From: Saprospirales bacterium
Lineage (GTDB): Bacteria; Bacteroidota; Bacteroidia; Chitinophagales; CAMDFR01
Length of the DNA: 51,810 nucleotides
NCBI GenBank assembly: GCA_947464015.1
Contig: CANHVE010000001.1
Location: 1-51,810 of the forward strand
Reading direction: 5' to 3'
Position numbers and translations under genes: made by a program. Shown in pieces: positions 10,454-19,130 of the stretch; position 1 is the stretch's first letter, and the number at the start of each line of letters is the position of its first letter. The notes under the pieces were generated by a model. It did no database searches and was not told the origin of the DNA. It saw only the letters and a program-made list of their open reading frames with translations.

Positions 10454-10948
10454 TTATTTAACTGACTCCAGAAGTTCATTTTTAAGCTTTTCATCAGTCC
10501 AGTTTTGCACTCTAGTAGCGCTGTAAACAAGCTTTTGCTCTTTATTGATCAAGTATGAAGTGGGGTAAGTAAAAATGCCAATATCCTTAAAAGCTTTATT
10601 AGCATGATATATTTTCATCGGTAGCGCACTTGAATTTTTATATTTATTTAAGGTTTCAATGGGTTCTTCAGAAATGAGTATCATATCAATTCCTGCTCGT
10701 TGTAAACTTGCATAAAGAATCACCAAATCAGGCATTTCTTTTATACAGTCGACACACCAAGTGCCGAAAAAATTGATAAAAACGGGTTTTTGTTGGGTAT
10801 TCCAATCAACAGGATTTCCATTTAAGTCAACTAATTCTAAATCGGGGAATGCCACTTTAGGTGGAATATTGTACTTTTTATATTGTACAAAAAAAATAAT
10901 TGCGCCTACCAAGGCCACTACCAATCCTATAATTGTATTTCTTTTCAT
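10454..10948 (-). CDS. TlpA/ResA-like thiol-disulfide oxidoreductase, membrane anchored
   Basis: 164 aa with an N-terminal TM helix and a thioredoxin fold carrying the CxxC motif (FFGTWCVDCIKEMP). Confidence 0.75.
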   Translation of the reverse strand: MKRNTIIGLVVALVGAIIFFVQYKKYNIPPKVAFPDLELVDLNGNPVDWNTQQKPVFINFFGTWCVDCIKEMPDLVILYASLQRAGIDMILISEEPIETLNKYKNSSALPMKIYHANKAFKDIGIFTYPTSYLINKEQKLVYSATRVQNWTDEKLKNELLESVK

Positions 10949-10962
10949 ATGAATGCATTAAA

Positions 10963-10993
10963 AAAGCAGTCACACCCAAGGAGTAACTGCTTT
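10963..10993 (-). terminator. Rho-independent terminator after the SOD gene
   Basis: The stem is aaagcagt / actgcttt with a 15-nt loop. On the minus strand it is followed by a TTTTT run. It lies 19 nt past the SOD stop codon. Confidence 0.55.
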
Positions 10994-11011
10994 ATATTAA
11001 ATTCTATAAAA

Positions 11012-11620
11012 TTATTTTGCAGCTGCAAATCTTCTATTCACTTCATCCCAATTAATCAAATTGTAGAAAGAAGCGATATAATCAGGTCTGCGATTTTGAT
11101 AATGTAAATAATAAGCATGTTCCCATACATCAATACCTAATATCGGAGTGCCTGGGCATTCAGAGATATCCATGGTTGGATTATCTTGATTAGGTGAAGA
11201 ACAAACACATAAGCTTTTATCTGCTTTTACACATAACCAAGCCCAACCTGAGCCAAATCTTGTAGTTGCTGCTTTTGTAAATTCTTCTTTGAATTTATCG
11301 TATGAACCAAAAGCGGTATTGATTGCATCTGCAATAGCGCCTGTAGGATTTCCACCTGCATTTGGTCCAATCACTGTCCAGAATAATGAATGGTTGAAAT
11401 GTCCACCTCCATTGTTTCTCACAGCAGGACTTAATTTTGAAATATTAGCCATCAACTCTTCGATGCTTTTGTTTTCCCATTCTGTTCCAGCAATAGCAGC
11501 ATTTAAGTTGGTTACATAAGCATTGTGGTGTTTGCTATGATGTATTTCCATAGTGCGTGCATCGATATGTGGCTCTAATGCAGCATATTCATAAGGTAAT
11601 TTTGGTAATTCGAATGCCAT
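11012..11620 (-). CDS. Fe/Mn-family superoxide dismutase
   Basis: 202 aa. The sequence [32 protein letters not shown]...FNHSLFW...DVWEHAYYL carries all four metal ligands. I cannot assign metal specificity. Confidence 0.95.
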   Translation of the reverse strand: MAFELPKLPYEYAALEPHIDARTMEIHHSKHHNAYVTNLNAAIAGTEWENKSIEELMANISKLSPAVRNNGGGHFNHSLFWTVIGPNAGGNPTGAIADAINTAFGSYDKFKEEFTKAATTRFGSGWAWLCVKADKSLCVCSSPNQDNPTMDISECPGTPILGIDVWEHAYYLHYQNRRPDYIASFYNLINWDEVNRRFAAAK

Positions 11621-11666
11621 ATTTTTAATTTTTTTAGATGAATGAATAATTTGTATTTCTATAGAA

Positions 11667-11674
11667 CAAAGCTA
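11667..11674 (-). promoter_or_regulatory. Candidate -7 box (TAGCTTTG) for the SOD gene
   Basis: The minus strand reads TAGCTTTG, which matches TAnnTTTG, 46 nt upstream of the ATG. It lies inside the loop of the inverted repeat at 11654..11684. Confidence 0.3.
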
Positions 11675-11712
11675 AATAGAAATATGTTCAATTTAGAATA
11701 AAAATAGTGGTT

Positions 11713-13221
11713 CTAAATTTTAATGAGTTTATAGCAGCTATCGCCACATTTTAGAAAATAAAATCCATTCGAAAGATTTGATAAATCAATAGAATATTCA
11801 TACTCCTTATAAATTTTATAATTATTCATTACATTTCCAATAGCATCATATAAAGTGATATCGCCACTATACGCATGATCAAATGCTATTTGAACCCACG
11901 AATTTGTAGGATTAGGCATTATTTGTAAGTGTGAGGAAGCCAATTCTTCTTCTATCGCATTTGTACATACCACACTATGACTATTCAGCGATGCTAATGC
12001 GGATGTTCTTCTACCCCGAATAAAACTTTTTAATCCAAAAGCATCTAAGCCACCAGGACCTGACATGAATACTGTAGTATCGATATTGGTTTCGAATTGT
12101 GCATTCGTAGTGGTTTTTTTCGGATCGGCATAGACACTGCTTTTGATTAAATCATATAATGAATCGATCTTTGGTTCGAAATAGCTGATACTAAAATCGT
12201 CTAACAACTCGCAATAGGCCTGATTATAGGCATTTTTATAGGTGGTATTCAGTAGCATATTGTTACATAAAGGTCTACTATTAGTAGGCGTACTGATATA
12301 ATACATATCTAAGTTCAATAGCTGAGAAGCTGTTAACCCATTTTTAAAATTACCAAAGGCTTCATTATTATCCCAACCAATCCATTCAAATTTATCAGTA
12401 ATTGTATCGTGATAAATATAATAATTATGTCCACTACCAATATAAGAATCTAAACTGCTAAATAAATTGATAGTAGCCCATTGTTTAATGAAATTGGAAC
12501 TGTTTAGTTTCGCTTCTAATGCAGTGTTTAATGTAGCTGTAGGAGTATTGTTTATGATGTTTATCAATTCAATTAAATCACTCCAATCATTAGCAGTACT
12601 ATTGTTTTCTAAGTCGTAGTTAGGTTCGTATAAACTTTGTGTGCTAGAACCTTTCCAAGCTAAATCTCCTCTAGGGTCGCCTTGAAATAAATTACCATCT
12701 TTATTCGAAAACCATCGTTTGCAAAATTCATCATCAATTGCTTCAACAATGGTATATAATCCCCACAATTGCCCATTCATATAAACATTGCAATAAGTGG
12801 TTCGTGGAGCTGGTAAACCATGTGCTCGTAAAAAATCATTGACTATTTTTTCGCGCATCATCGTTGGGTCTTTAAAACTATTATTGAAATTTAATTTTTT
12901 CAATCCATGAATATCTTGCCCATTCACAAATTCATTGATATCTAATTTGAATGATTTTTTTTGTCCAGGTCCACTAAAAGAAGAATTTCCTTTAGCCTGT
13001 ATCCCAATGCTATCATAATGTTCGCTGTTAAAATCGACCGATACCATTAAGTATTGGTCGGTAGTATTCGTGTTTAATAATGAATCATAAAATGTACTAT
13101 ATGGATAGGTGATTCGTAGCGTATGTATGGTCCATGGATTAAATATTGAATCGCCATTGGCTGCTTGGCTTGTTATAAAAAAGCATGAAAGTAATACGAT
13201 AAGGTAAATTTTTCTAATCAT
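11713..13221 (-). CDS. Secreted CotH-family (atypical kinase-like) protein with a T9SS C-terminal sorting domain
   Basis: 502 aa with a signal peptide and CotH-like segments (YCNVYMNGQLWGLYTIVE, GHNYYIYHD, WIGWDNNEAFG). The last ~71 aa (LQIMPNPTNSWVQIAF...FYFLKCGDSCYKLIKI) look like a type A Por secretion tail. Confidence 0.7.
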   Translation of the reverse strand: MIRKIYLIVLLSCFFITSQAANGDSIFNPWTIHTLRITYPYSTFYDSLLNTNTTDQYLMVSVDFNSEHYDSIGIQAKGNSSFSGPGQKKSFKLDINEFVNGQDIHGLKKLNFNNSFKDPTMMREKIVNDFLRAHGLPAPRTTYCNVYMNGQLWGLYTIVEAIDDEFCKRWFSNKDGNLFQGDPRGDLAWKGSSTQSLYEPNYDLENNSTANDWSDLIELINIINNTPTATLNTALEAKLNSSNFIKQWATINLFSSLDSYIGSGHNYYIYHDTITDKFEWIGWDNNEAFGNFKNGLTASQLLNLDMYYISTPTNSRPLCNNMLLNTTYKNAYNQAYCELLDDFSISYFEPKIDSLYDLIKSSVYADPKKTTTNAQFETNIDTTVFMSGPGGLDAFGLKSFIRGRRTSALASLNSHSVVCTNAIEEELASSHLQIMPNPTNSWVQIAFDHAYSGDITLYDAIGNVMNNYKIYKEYEYSIDLSNLSNGFYFLKCGDSCYKLIKI

Positions 13222-13291
13222 GATAAACTATAATTATGAAGTATAAATGCTACTTAAAAATACTTATAAAAAGTCGTTATTCAAAGTAATA

Positions 13292-13483
13292 TTATTCTTC
13301 TTGTATAGCTTGATTGCTTTCCTTTTCTACTTTTCGTAATTTTTTTTCACAAATAGCAATCCAGTCTTTTGCTTCTTTTATCTTGTTGGCAAGTTGTTCA
13401 AGTGCTATATCCCCATTTTCTAATTCTTCCACTAATGCTTCTAACTTTGTATAGGCTTCTTTATAAGTAATTTCTTTTTTCAT
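13292..13483 (-). CDS. xseB: Exodeoxyribonuclease VII small subunit
   Basis: I prefer the start at MKKEITYKEAYTKLEALVEELENGDIALEQL, which is the typical XseB N-terminus. The track ORF extends 8 codons further to 13507. The gene overlaps the xseA 3' end by 23 nt. Confidence 0.85.
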   Translation of the reverse strand: MKKEITYKEAYTKLEALVEELENGDIALEQLANKIKEAKDWIAICEKKLRKVEKESNQAIQEE

Positions 13484-14618
13484 TTTTTTCTTTTTTTTGA
13501 ATAACACTTTCTACTATTTCATCTTTTAAATAGGTGTTTATACTACTTCCTATTTTAATTTTTTTAGGGTCTGTAATAATTTCACCTGCTTGCTTGACGA
13601 TCGCAAATCCTCTGTTTAATATCGCTTCAGGACTAGCTAGTTTGATGATACGTTTGGAATATGCCAATGCTTCTTTTGCTTCGGTAACTTGTGTTTCTAT
13701 ATTATTGAATATTCGTTCTTTTAAACGTAGTAATCGATTCTCAAATTCGAAATTATGCTCTACTATATATGCTGCAACTTTTGTTGGTGTTTTAAATTCT
13801 CTCGCCATCAAATCTACGATGCTCTGATTCCTATCATGTCCAATGCCAGTATAAATAGGAATAGGGAAATTGGCTATCTTATTGGCTAATTCGAATTGAT
13901 CAAAGGGTTTAAAATCGCCCAAAGAACCACCTCCTCTAACAATCACCACTAGATCATATGGATGTTTTTTTTGCTCTATCAAAGCTAATTGCTCCATAAT
14001 TAATTGAGGTGCTTGTTCGCCTTGTATGGTACATAAATATTCATCTATATGAAAAGTGTATGCATGTTTATTTTTTGATAATTCTTGTAGAAAATCTCTT
14101 TGTCCATCAGAGTTGGTAGCTGTTATAAAAGCAATGTTTTCAATCACTAAAGGGATAGGTAGCTGATTGTTGTAAGTGAAATATTGTCCGTCAATTTCTT
14201 TTATACTTGTTGGATTGGATAGTAATAGTCTATCTAATGTTTGTTGTCGCTCAAGCTCTAAAGCCCCTAATTTATGAGCTATATCGAGTTGTATGATATC
14301 TAAATTGAGTCCGTATATCTTATGAAATCGAACTTTCACTTTACAAATAATTTCAGTGCCATCTTTGAATGGTTGTTGAATATATTTTTCAAATTTTTCT
14401 ATTTCACTATAATAATTCGACCAAAACACCGCTTTCATTTCAGCTATTTTGTTGCCGTTTTTAGTTTCTTCTAAGTTTAAATAACAACGTCTACTGCTCT
14501 CGTATTTCTTTACATTCATTATTCGTGCAGATACCCAATAAGACTCTTGCTCAAATTGATTTTGTATGGTTTGTTGTATTTGCTCTGCTAGTGCAGATAG
14601 TGGGATATGTTCTTGCAT
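13461..14618 (-). CDS. xseA: Exodeoxyribonuclease VII large subunit
   Basis: 385 aa with an N-terminal OB-fold region (YWVSARIMNVKKYESSRRCYLNL) and the catalytic region VRGGGSLGDF...IPIYTGIGHDRN. Confidence 0.9.
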   Translation of the reverse strand: MQEHIPLSALAEQIQQTIQNQFEQESYWVSARIMNVKKYESSRRCYLNLEETKNGNKIAEMKAVFWSNYYSEIEKFEKYIQQPFKDGTEIICKVKVRFHKIYGLNLDIIQLDIAHKLGALELERQQTLDRLLLSNPTSIKEIDGQYFTYNNQLPIPLVIENIAFITATNSDGQRDFLQELSKNKHAYTFHIDEYLCTIQGEQAPQLIMEQLALIEQKKHPYDLVVIVRGGGSLGDFKPFDQFELANKIANFPIPIYTGIGHDRNQSIVDLMAREFKTPTKVAAYIVEHNFEFENRLLRLKERIFNNIETQVTEAKEALAYSKRIIKLASPEAILNRGFAIVKQAGEIITDPKKIKIGSSINTYLKDEIVESVIQKKEKNEKRNYL

Positions 14619-14647
14619 GGTTTATATTGGGAGTAGCTGCTACTCAG

Positions 14648-15424
14648 TTATTTTTCATCTTTTAAAAAAGGAAGATTATTTCTTATTTCATAAAGTTTAT
14701 CATATTCATAATCCATATAATTTATTTTTTCTTCATGTGTCGTTTGATATAATATTTCCCCTAATGCATCGCAACTCATACTGTCGCCACTATGATATAT
14801 TTGATTCCCATCGTCGCCAATTCTGTTTACACCAATAACATAAGCTTGATTTTCTATCGCTCTAGCTTGTAATAAAGTTTTCCATGCTGTATTTCTTCGT
14901 TCTGGCCAATTAGCAGGAATAATCAGTATATCATAATCATATATATTTTCGTTTACATGATTTCTTAGCCAAGTAGGGAATCTCAAATCATAACAAATAG
15001 CAGGTCTTATTTTCCAACCTTCATATTCAATCGTCACTTGTTTTTCTCCAGCACTATAATGTGCTTCTTCGTGTGCTAAAGTGAATAAATGTTTTTTATC
15101 ATAATGCAGAATCATCCCATCTGGTTGAACCCAAACAAATCGATTATAAAATTGATTTTGTTCTTTTAAAATAATACTGCCACAGATAACAAATTTATAA
15201 GTGTTTGCCATCACAGAAAGCCACATGAGAGTATCTCCACTCATTCGTTCTGCAAATTTTTCAGGCTTCATGCTAAAACCCGTTGTAAACATTTCAGGCA
15301 ATACAACAAGGTCTGTTCCTGCTTCTATTTGCTTAAATAAATTGGTAAATTTAGTGACGTTTTGAAGTTTGTCTTCCCAATGTAAAGCCGTTTGAATACT
15401 GGCAATTTTAAGTATTTTTTTCAT
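14648..15424 (-). CDS. Nitrilase-superfamily amidohydrolase, YafV / omega-amidase-like
   Basis: 258 aa with E-K-C triad contexts (VLPEMF, YDKKHLF, PAICYDLRFP). Overall similarity to E. coli YafV as I recall it. Confidence 0.85.
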   Translation of the reverse strand: MKKILKIASIQTALHWEDKLQNVTKFTNLFKQIEAGTDLVVLPEMFTTGFSMKPEKFAERMSGDTLMWLSVMANTYKFVICGSIILKEQNQFYNRFVWVQPDGMILHYDKKHLFTLAHEEAHYSAGEKQVTIEYEGWKIRPAICYDLRFPTWLRNHVNENIYDYDILIIPANWPERRNTAWKTLLQARAIENQAYVIGVNRIGDDGNQIYHSGDSMSCDALGEILYQTTHEEKINYMDYEYDKLYEIRNNLPFLKDEK

Positions 15425-15454
15425 CTATTTTTTCAGTTTCTTTACGACCATTTT

Positions 15455-16600
15455 CTATATTTTATTTAATATTTCTAGTCCCTTATCCAACAAGTCGTTT
15501 GTTTTAGCAAAACAAAATCGTAATACTTTATGATCGGTTCCCTTACTATAAAAGGAAGATAAAGGAATCGAAGCTATTTTGTTTTCAATTGTTAAACGTT
15601 TCGCAAAATCTAAATCTTTTTCTTCACTAATATTTTCATAAGAGAGCAATTGAAAATAACTTCCCTCGCAAGCAATCGGTTTAAATCTAGACTGACCAAT
15701 ACCTTTCAAGAAGTAATTTCTTTTTTCTTCATAAAATTTTGCTAAATCCAAATAGTCATCACTCTCGTTCATATAAGCAGCTATCGCATATTGAATGGGT
15801 GTATTGACAGAGAACACATTAAATTGATGGGCTTTTCTAAATTCACGCATCAATGGAGCAGCCGCTATACAATAGCCTATTTTCCAGCCAGTGACATGAT
15901 AGCTTTTTCCAAAAGAATAACAGATAAAACTTCGTTCCATCAATTTAGGATATTTTAAAATGCTTTCATGTGTTTTTTTATCATATACCAAATGCTCATA
16001 TACTTCATCACTCAGAATAATGATATCTGTTCCCGAAGTTAATTTTTCAAGCATCAACAAATCTTCTCTCTTCAAAATTTTAGTAGCAGGATTATTCGGA
16101 TTATTGATGATGATCATTTTTGTTCGCGTATTAATCAATTTGGCTACATGCTTCCAATTGATTTCATAAGTGGGATATTCTAATTCTATATACTTAGGAA
16201 TGCCTCCCGATAGCAGGATGGCTGGTGCATAACAATCATATGCAGGTTCGAAAATAATGACTTCATCTCCTTCCTTAATGGAGCAATTTATCGCTGTGAA
16301 TATAGCTTGTGTTCCACCAGCAGTAATAGTGATTTCTTCTTGTATATCAATCTCTGTATTATATAGTTTTTTTATTTTTTGTGCTAAAGCTTGACGTAAT
16401 TCTAATACCCCAGGCATAGGTGCATATTGATTATAATCTTTCTGAATAAATTCATGCACTAAGTTTTTTAGTCGTTCATTACAACTGTAATTTGGAAATC
16501 CTTGTGATAAATTGATGGCTTGATATTCATTGGCAAGAGCACTCATTACCGAAAAAATAGTAGTACCTACTTTAGGAAGTTTAGATCTGTTAGATAGCAT
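15455..16600 (-). CDS. Class I PLP aminotransferase, YbdL / kynurenine-glutamine transaminase K-like
   Basis: 381 aa. It has NLSQGFPNY, the NNPNNPATK asparagine-proline motif, and the PLP lysine context YSFGKSYHVTGWKIGY. Confidence 0.85.
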   Translation of the reverse strand: MLSNRSKLPKVGTTIFSVMSALANEYQAINLSQGFPNYSCNERLKNLVHEFIQKDYNQYAPMPGVLELRQALAQKIKKLYNTEIDIQEEITITAGGTQAIFTAINCSIKEGDEVIIFEPAYDCYAPAILLSGGIPKYIELEYPTYEINWKHVAKLINTRTKMIIINNPNNPATKILKREDLLMLEKLTSGTDIIILSDEVYEHLVYDKKTHESILKYPKLMERSFICYSFGKSYHVTGWKIGYCIAAAPLMREFRKAHQFNVFSVNTPIQYAIAAYMNESDDYLDLAKFYEEKRNYFLKGIGQSRFKPIACEGSYFQLLSYENISEEKDLDFAKRLTIENKIASIPLSSFYSKGTDHKVLRFCFAKTNDLLDKGLEILNKI

Positions 16601-16649
16601 GGTCTTTATTTTAAACTAAAATAAGAAATAAAAATCAAAGAAATAAAAA

Positions 16650-17657
16650 TCAATTTTCAAATACTGCGAAATCTTTTTGATTCTTTACCGATTGTAAAAA
16701 AGCCTCAGTTGTATCTTTTATTGTTTTGTCAAGCGGAATGAATTTATAGTTAAGGGCTTTGATGATTTTACTATTATCGTAATTGGCTTGTAAATTGGCC
16801 AGTTGTATAGTTTCACTTGTAATCATCCTAGTATGTCCTGTAAACAAAGTTTGTAAAAAATCGCTTGCTATAGCTACTTCTCCCAGTATTTTATTTACTT
16901 TGTATTGAGGAGCTTTACGATTCATTTTTTGTGCAATAGCAGTAAAAAAGTTCTTAAACGATTCATTATATCCACTTAAAATAAATTTGTCGTTTATGAT
17001 ATCACTATCCATCAATTGAATCATGCAATCTACCACATCTCTTACATCTACAAATCCTACAACTCCATCTGTATAAAAAGGTAATCCTTTATGTATATTG
17101 CTGAAAAAACTACCACTTCCTTCATTCCAGAAACCTGCTCCGATAATTGTTCCAGGGTTCACTATGATAGTATCAATTCCTTCTGTCATGGCTCTATATG
17201 CTTCTCGTTCAGCCATGAATTTACTCTTTCCATAATGCGCTGGATATGGATTAGTGCTCCACTCGCTATTTTCATCAATTGTTTCTCCATGCTTTGGTGA
17301 TGGTAATGCCGCGATACTACTAACATGTAAATACTTCTTCACTCCATGAAATAAGGAAACATTCACTATATTCGCTGTACCTTCAGCATGTACTTTATAC
17401 ATGAGAGCTCTAGATTTTTTATCAAATGAAATTTTAGCTGCACAATGAAATACCTTACTCACCCCTTTCATAGCTATTTCTAAAGATGGAATATCTAAAA
17501 TATCGCCTTCATGCCATATAATTTGTGAAGCATATTTGCCTAATAAATCCATACGAGTACTCGGTCTTTTTAAGGATACAACCGTTTCTCCTCTATCGAT
17601 TAATTTTTTGGCTAAATAAGAACCAACAAATCCAGATGCGCCTGTAATAAAATTCAT
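16650..17657 (-). CDS. NAD-dependent epimerase/dehydratase-family (extended SDR) protein
   Basis: 335 aa with a Rossmann GASGFVGSYL motif and the catalytic YGKSK (YxxxK). Confidence 0.8.
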   Translation of the reverse strand: MNFITGASGFVGSYLAKKLIDRGETVVSLKRPSTRMDLLGKYASQIIWHEGDILDIPSLEIAMKGVSKVFHCAAKISFDKKSRALMYKVHAEGTANIVNVSLFHGVKKYLHVSSIAALPSPKHGETIDENSEWSTNPYPAHYGKSKFMAEREAYRAMTEGIDTIIVNPGTIIGAGFWNEGSGSFFSNIHKGLPFYTDGVVGFVDVRDVVDCMIQLMDSDIINDKFILSGYNESFKNFFTAIAQKMNRKAPQYKVNKILGEVAIASDFLQTLFTGHTRMITSETIQLANLQANYDNSKIIKALNYKFIPLDKTIKDTTEAFLQSVKNQKDFAVFEN

Positions 17658-17680
17658 ATGCTCAATATTAAAGTACGAAT

Positions 17681-18301
17681 CTACTTTCTTTTTAGGATAC
17701 TCGTTTGGAAATTTTGTAAGGTGTTAAATGGGGTTTCATGATCATGATAAGATTGATATATAATTTCAAAATTCGACTCAAATAATAAAGCTATATCCTC
17801 ATGATTATAAGAACTGATATCCAAACCACTACACTTAAGTGGTCCATTTTTCGAAAAAGTAGATAACATTAAATAACCTCCTTTTTCGATATGCTTAGCT
17901 GTTTGTTGAATGTAAATTTCAATTTCAGAGGGATCTCTTAAAAAATGAAATACTGCTCTATCATGCCATAGCTTATAGTTTTTATTCGGTGAAAACAAAC
18001 AAATATCACTAGCTATCCATTCAATTGCAGGTTGTAAATGGGAAAAGTTTTTTTTGTTTTTTTCTATTGCTATATTCGAAATATCTACTCCTGTTAAGTG
18101 ATGAAACCCTTCCTTATGCAAGTTTTCAAGTAATTTACTTTCGCCACATCCTACATCAATGATAGCGACATCTTTCGGTAGATTTAATTTGTTTATTAAA
18201 TCTATAAAATAGCTAGGTTTATCTTGATACCAACTTACTTCTTCAAATGATTTGGTAGCATATACTTTTTCCCAATGATTTACTTTGTCTGTATTATTCA
18301 T
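17681..18301 (-). CDS. Class I SAM-dependent methyltransferase
   Basis: 206 aa with SAM motif I (IIDVGCGESK). Its start abuts the yaaA stop codon with zero spacer. Confidence 0.75.
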   Translation of the reverse strand: MNNTDKVNHWEKVYATKSFEEVSWYQDKPSYFIDLINKLNLPKDVAIIDVGCGESKLLENLHKEGFHHLTGVDISNIAIEKNKKNFSHLQPAIEWIASDICLFSPNKNYKLWHDRAVFHFLRDPSEIEIYIQQTAKHIEKGGYLMLSTFSKNGPLKCSGLDISSYNHEDIALLFESNFEIIYQSYHDHETPFNTLQNFQTSILKRK

Positions 18302-19078
18302 TTATTCAGCTTTATCTCTAGTAAAAATCCACTTATTGTCTTTGCTTAATTTACTATTAAATACATATCCATGCTCATTAAATTCTTTCAAGTCTTTGCT
18401 TTTTTCAATCTTATTTTTTATTAGATAAGAAGCCATATATCCACGTGCTTTTTTTGCAAAAAAGCCAATCATTTTATAGTCAGCCCCTTTTTTATCTTTG
18501 AATTCACAATGTATACAAGGGTGTTGTAAAGATTTTTCTTTCACTACTTTAAAATATTCTTCAGACGCTAAATTGATTAATGTTTTTTCTTTATGTGAAG
18601 CTAATTGTTCATTGATATAATCATTTACTTTCGAATCCCAAAACTGATATAAGTTTTTAGATTTACCTATGCAGATACTCGTTCCCATTTCTAATCTATA
18701 AGGCTGTATTAAGTCTAATGGTCTTAAATATCCATGTAATCCGGATAATATTAATAGATGATTTTGAGCAAATGTAAAATCTTTTTCTTTAAATGTATTT
18801 GCTTCTAATCCTAGATATACATCTCCTTTAAATGCTAAGATGGCTTGTTTGGCATTTGTTAAGTCAAATTCTTTATGCCAAGTTTGATATCTCTCAACAT
18901 TTAAGTCTGCAAGTTTATCACTTAAATCCATCAAATGTGCTATTTTCTTAGAACTTAGGCGTGCTAATTTATCTATAATTTGTTCTGATAAATTTAATTG
19001 ATCTGGTATACTGTGCTTTTTAGCAATTGGCGCTGTCTCAAAATCTAAAGTTTTTGCTGGAGATAAAACTGCAATCAT
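18302..19078 (-). CDS. yaaA: Peroxide stress protein YaaA (DUF328/UPF0246)
   Basis: 258 aa. The sequence MIAVLSPAKTLDFE...AILAFKGDVYLGL...LSGLHGYLRPLDLIQPYRLEM is characteristic of YaaA. Confidence 0.88.
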   Translation of the reverse strand: MIAVLSPAKTLDFETAPIAKKHSIPDQLNLSEQIIDKLARLSSKKIAHLMDLSDKLADLNVERYQTWHKEFDLTNAKQAILAFKGDVYLGLEANTFKEKDFTFAQNHLLILSGLHGYLRPLDLIQPYRLEMGTSICIGKSKNLYQFWDSKVNDYINEQLASHKEKTLINLASEEYFKVVKEKSLQHPCIHCEFKDKKGADYKMIGFFAKKARGYMASYLIKNKIEKSKDLKEFNEHGYVFNSKLSKDNKWIFTRDKAE

Positions 19079-19130
19079 AATATCAAATTTATACGTATAA
19101 CAAATCTATGAAATAATAGTTTCTTTAGAA

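Noticed and set aside
13534-13827. A 97-aa plus-strand ORF lies antisense to xseA. Similar antisense ORFs lie at 20801..21091, 21437..21628, 36899..37168, 41378..41599 and 42153..42377.
   Set aside because: All are embedded in strongly supported genes on the other strand and show skewed hydrophobic or Ser-rich composition. None has a promoter, a terminator or a recognisable motif.
19089-19100. The perfect palindrome TTATACGTATAA lies 11 nt upstream of the yaaA start, and I considered it as a possible peroxide-regulator operator.
   Set aside because: The same chance-expectation argument applies. It also lies too close to the ATG to overlap a typical -7 box.
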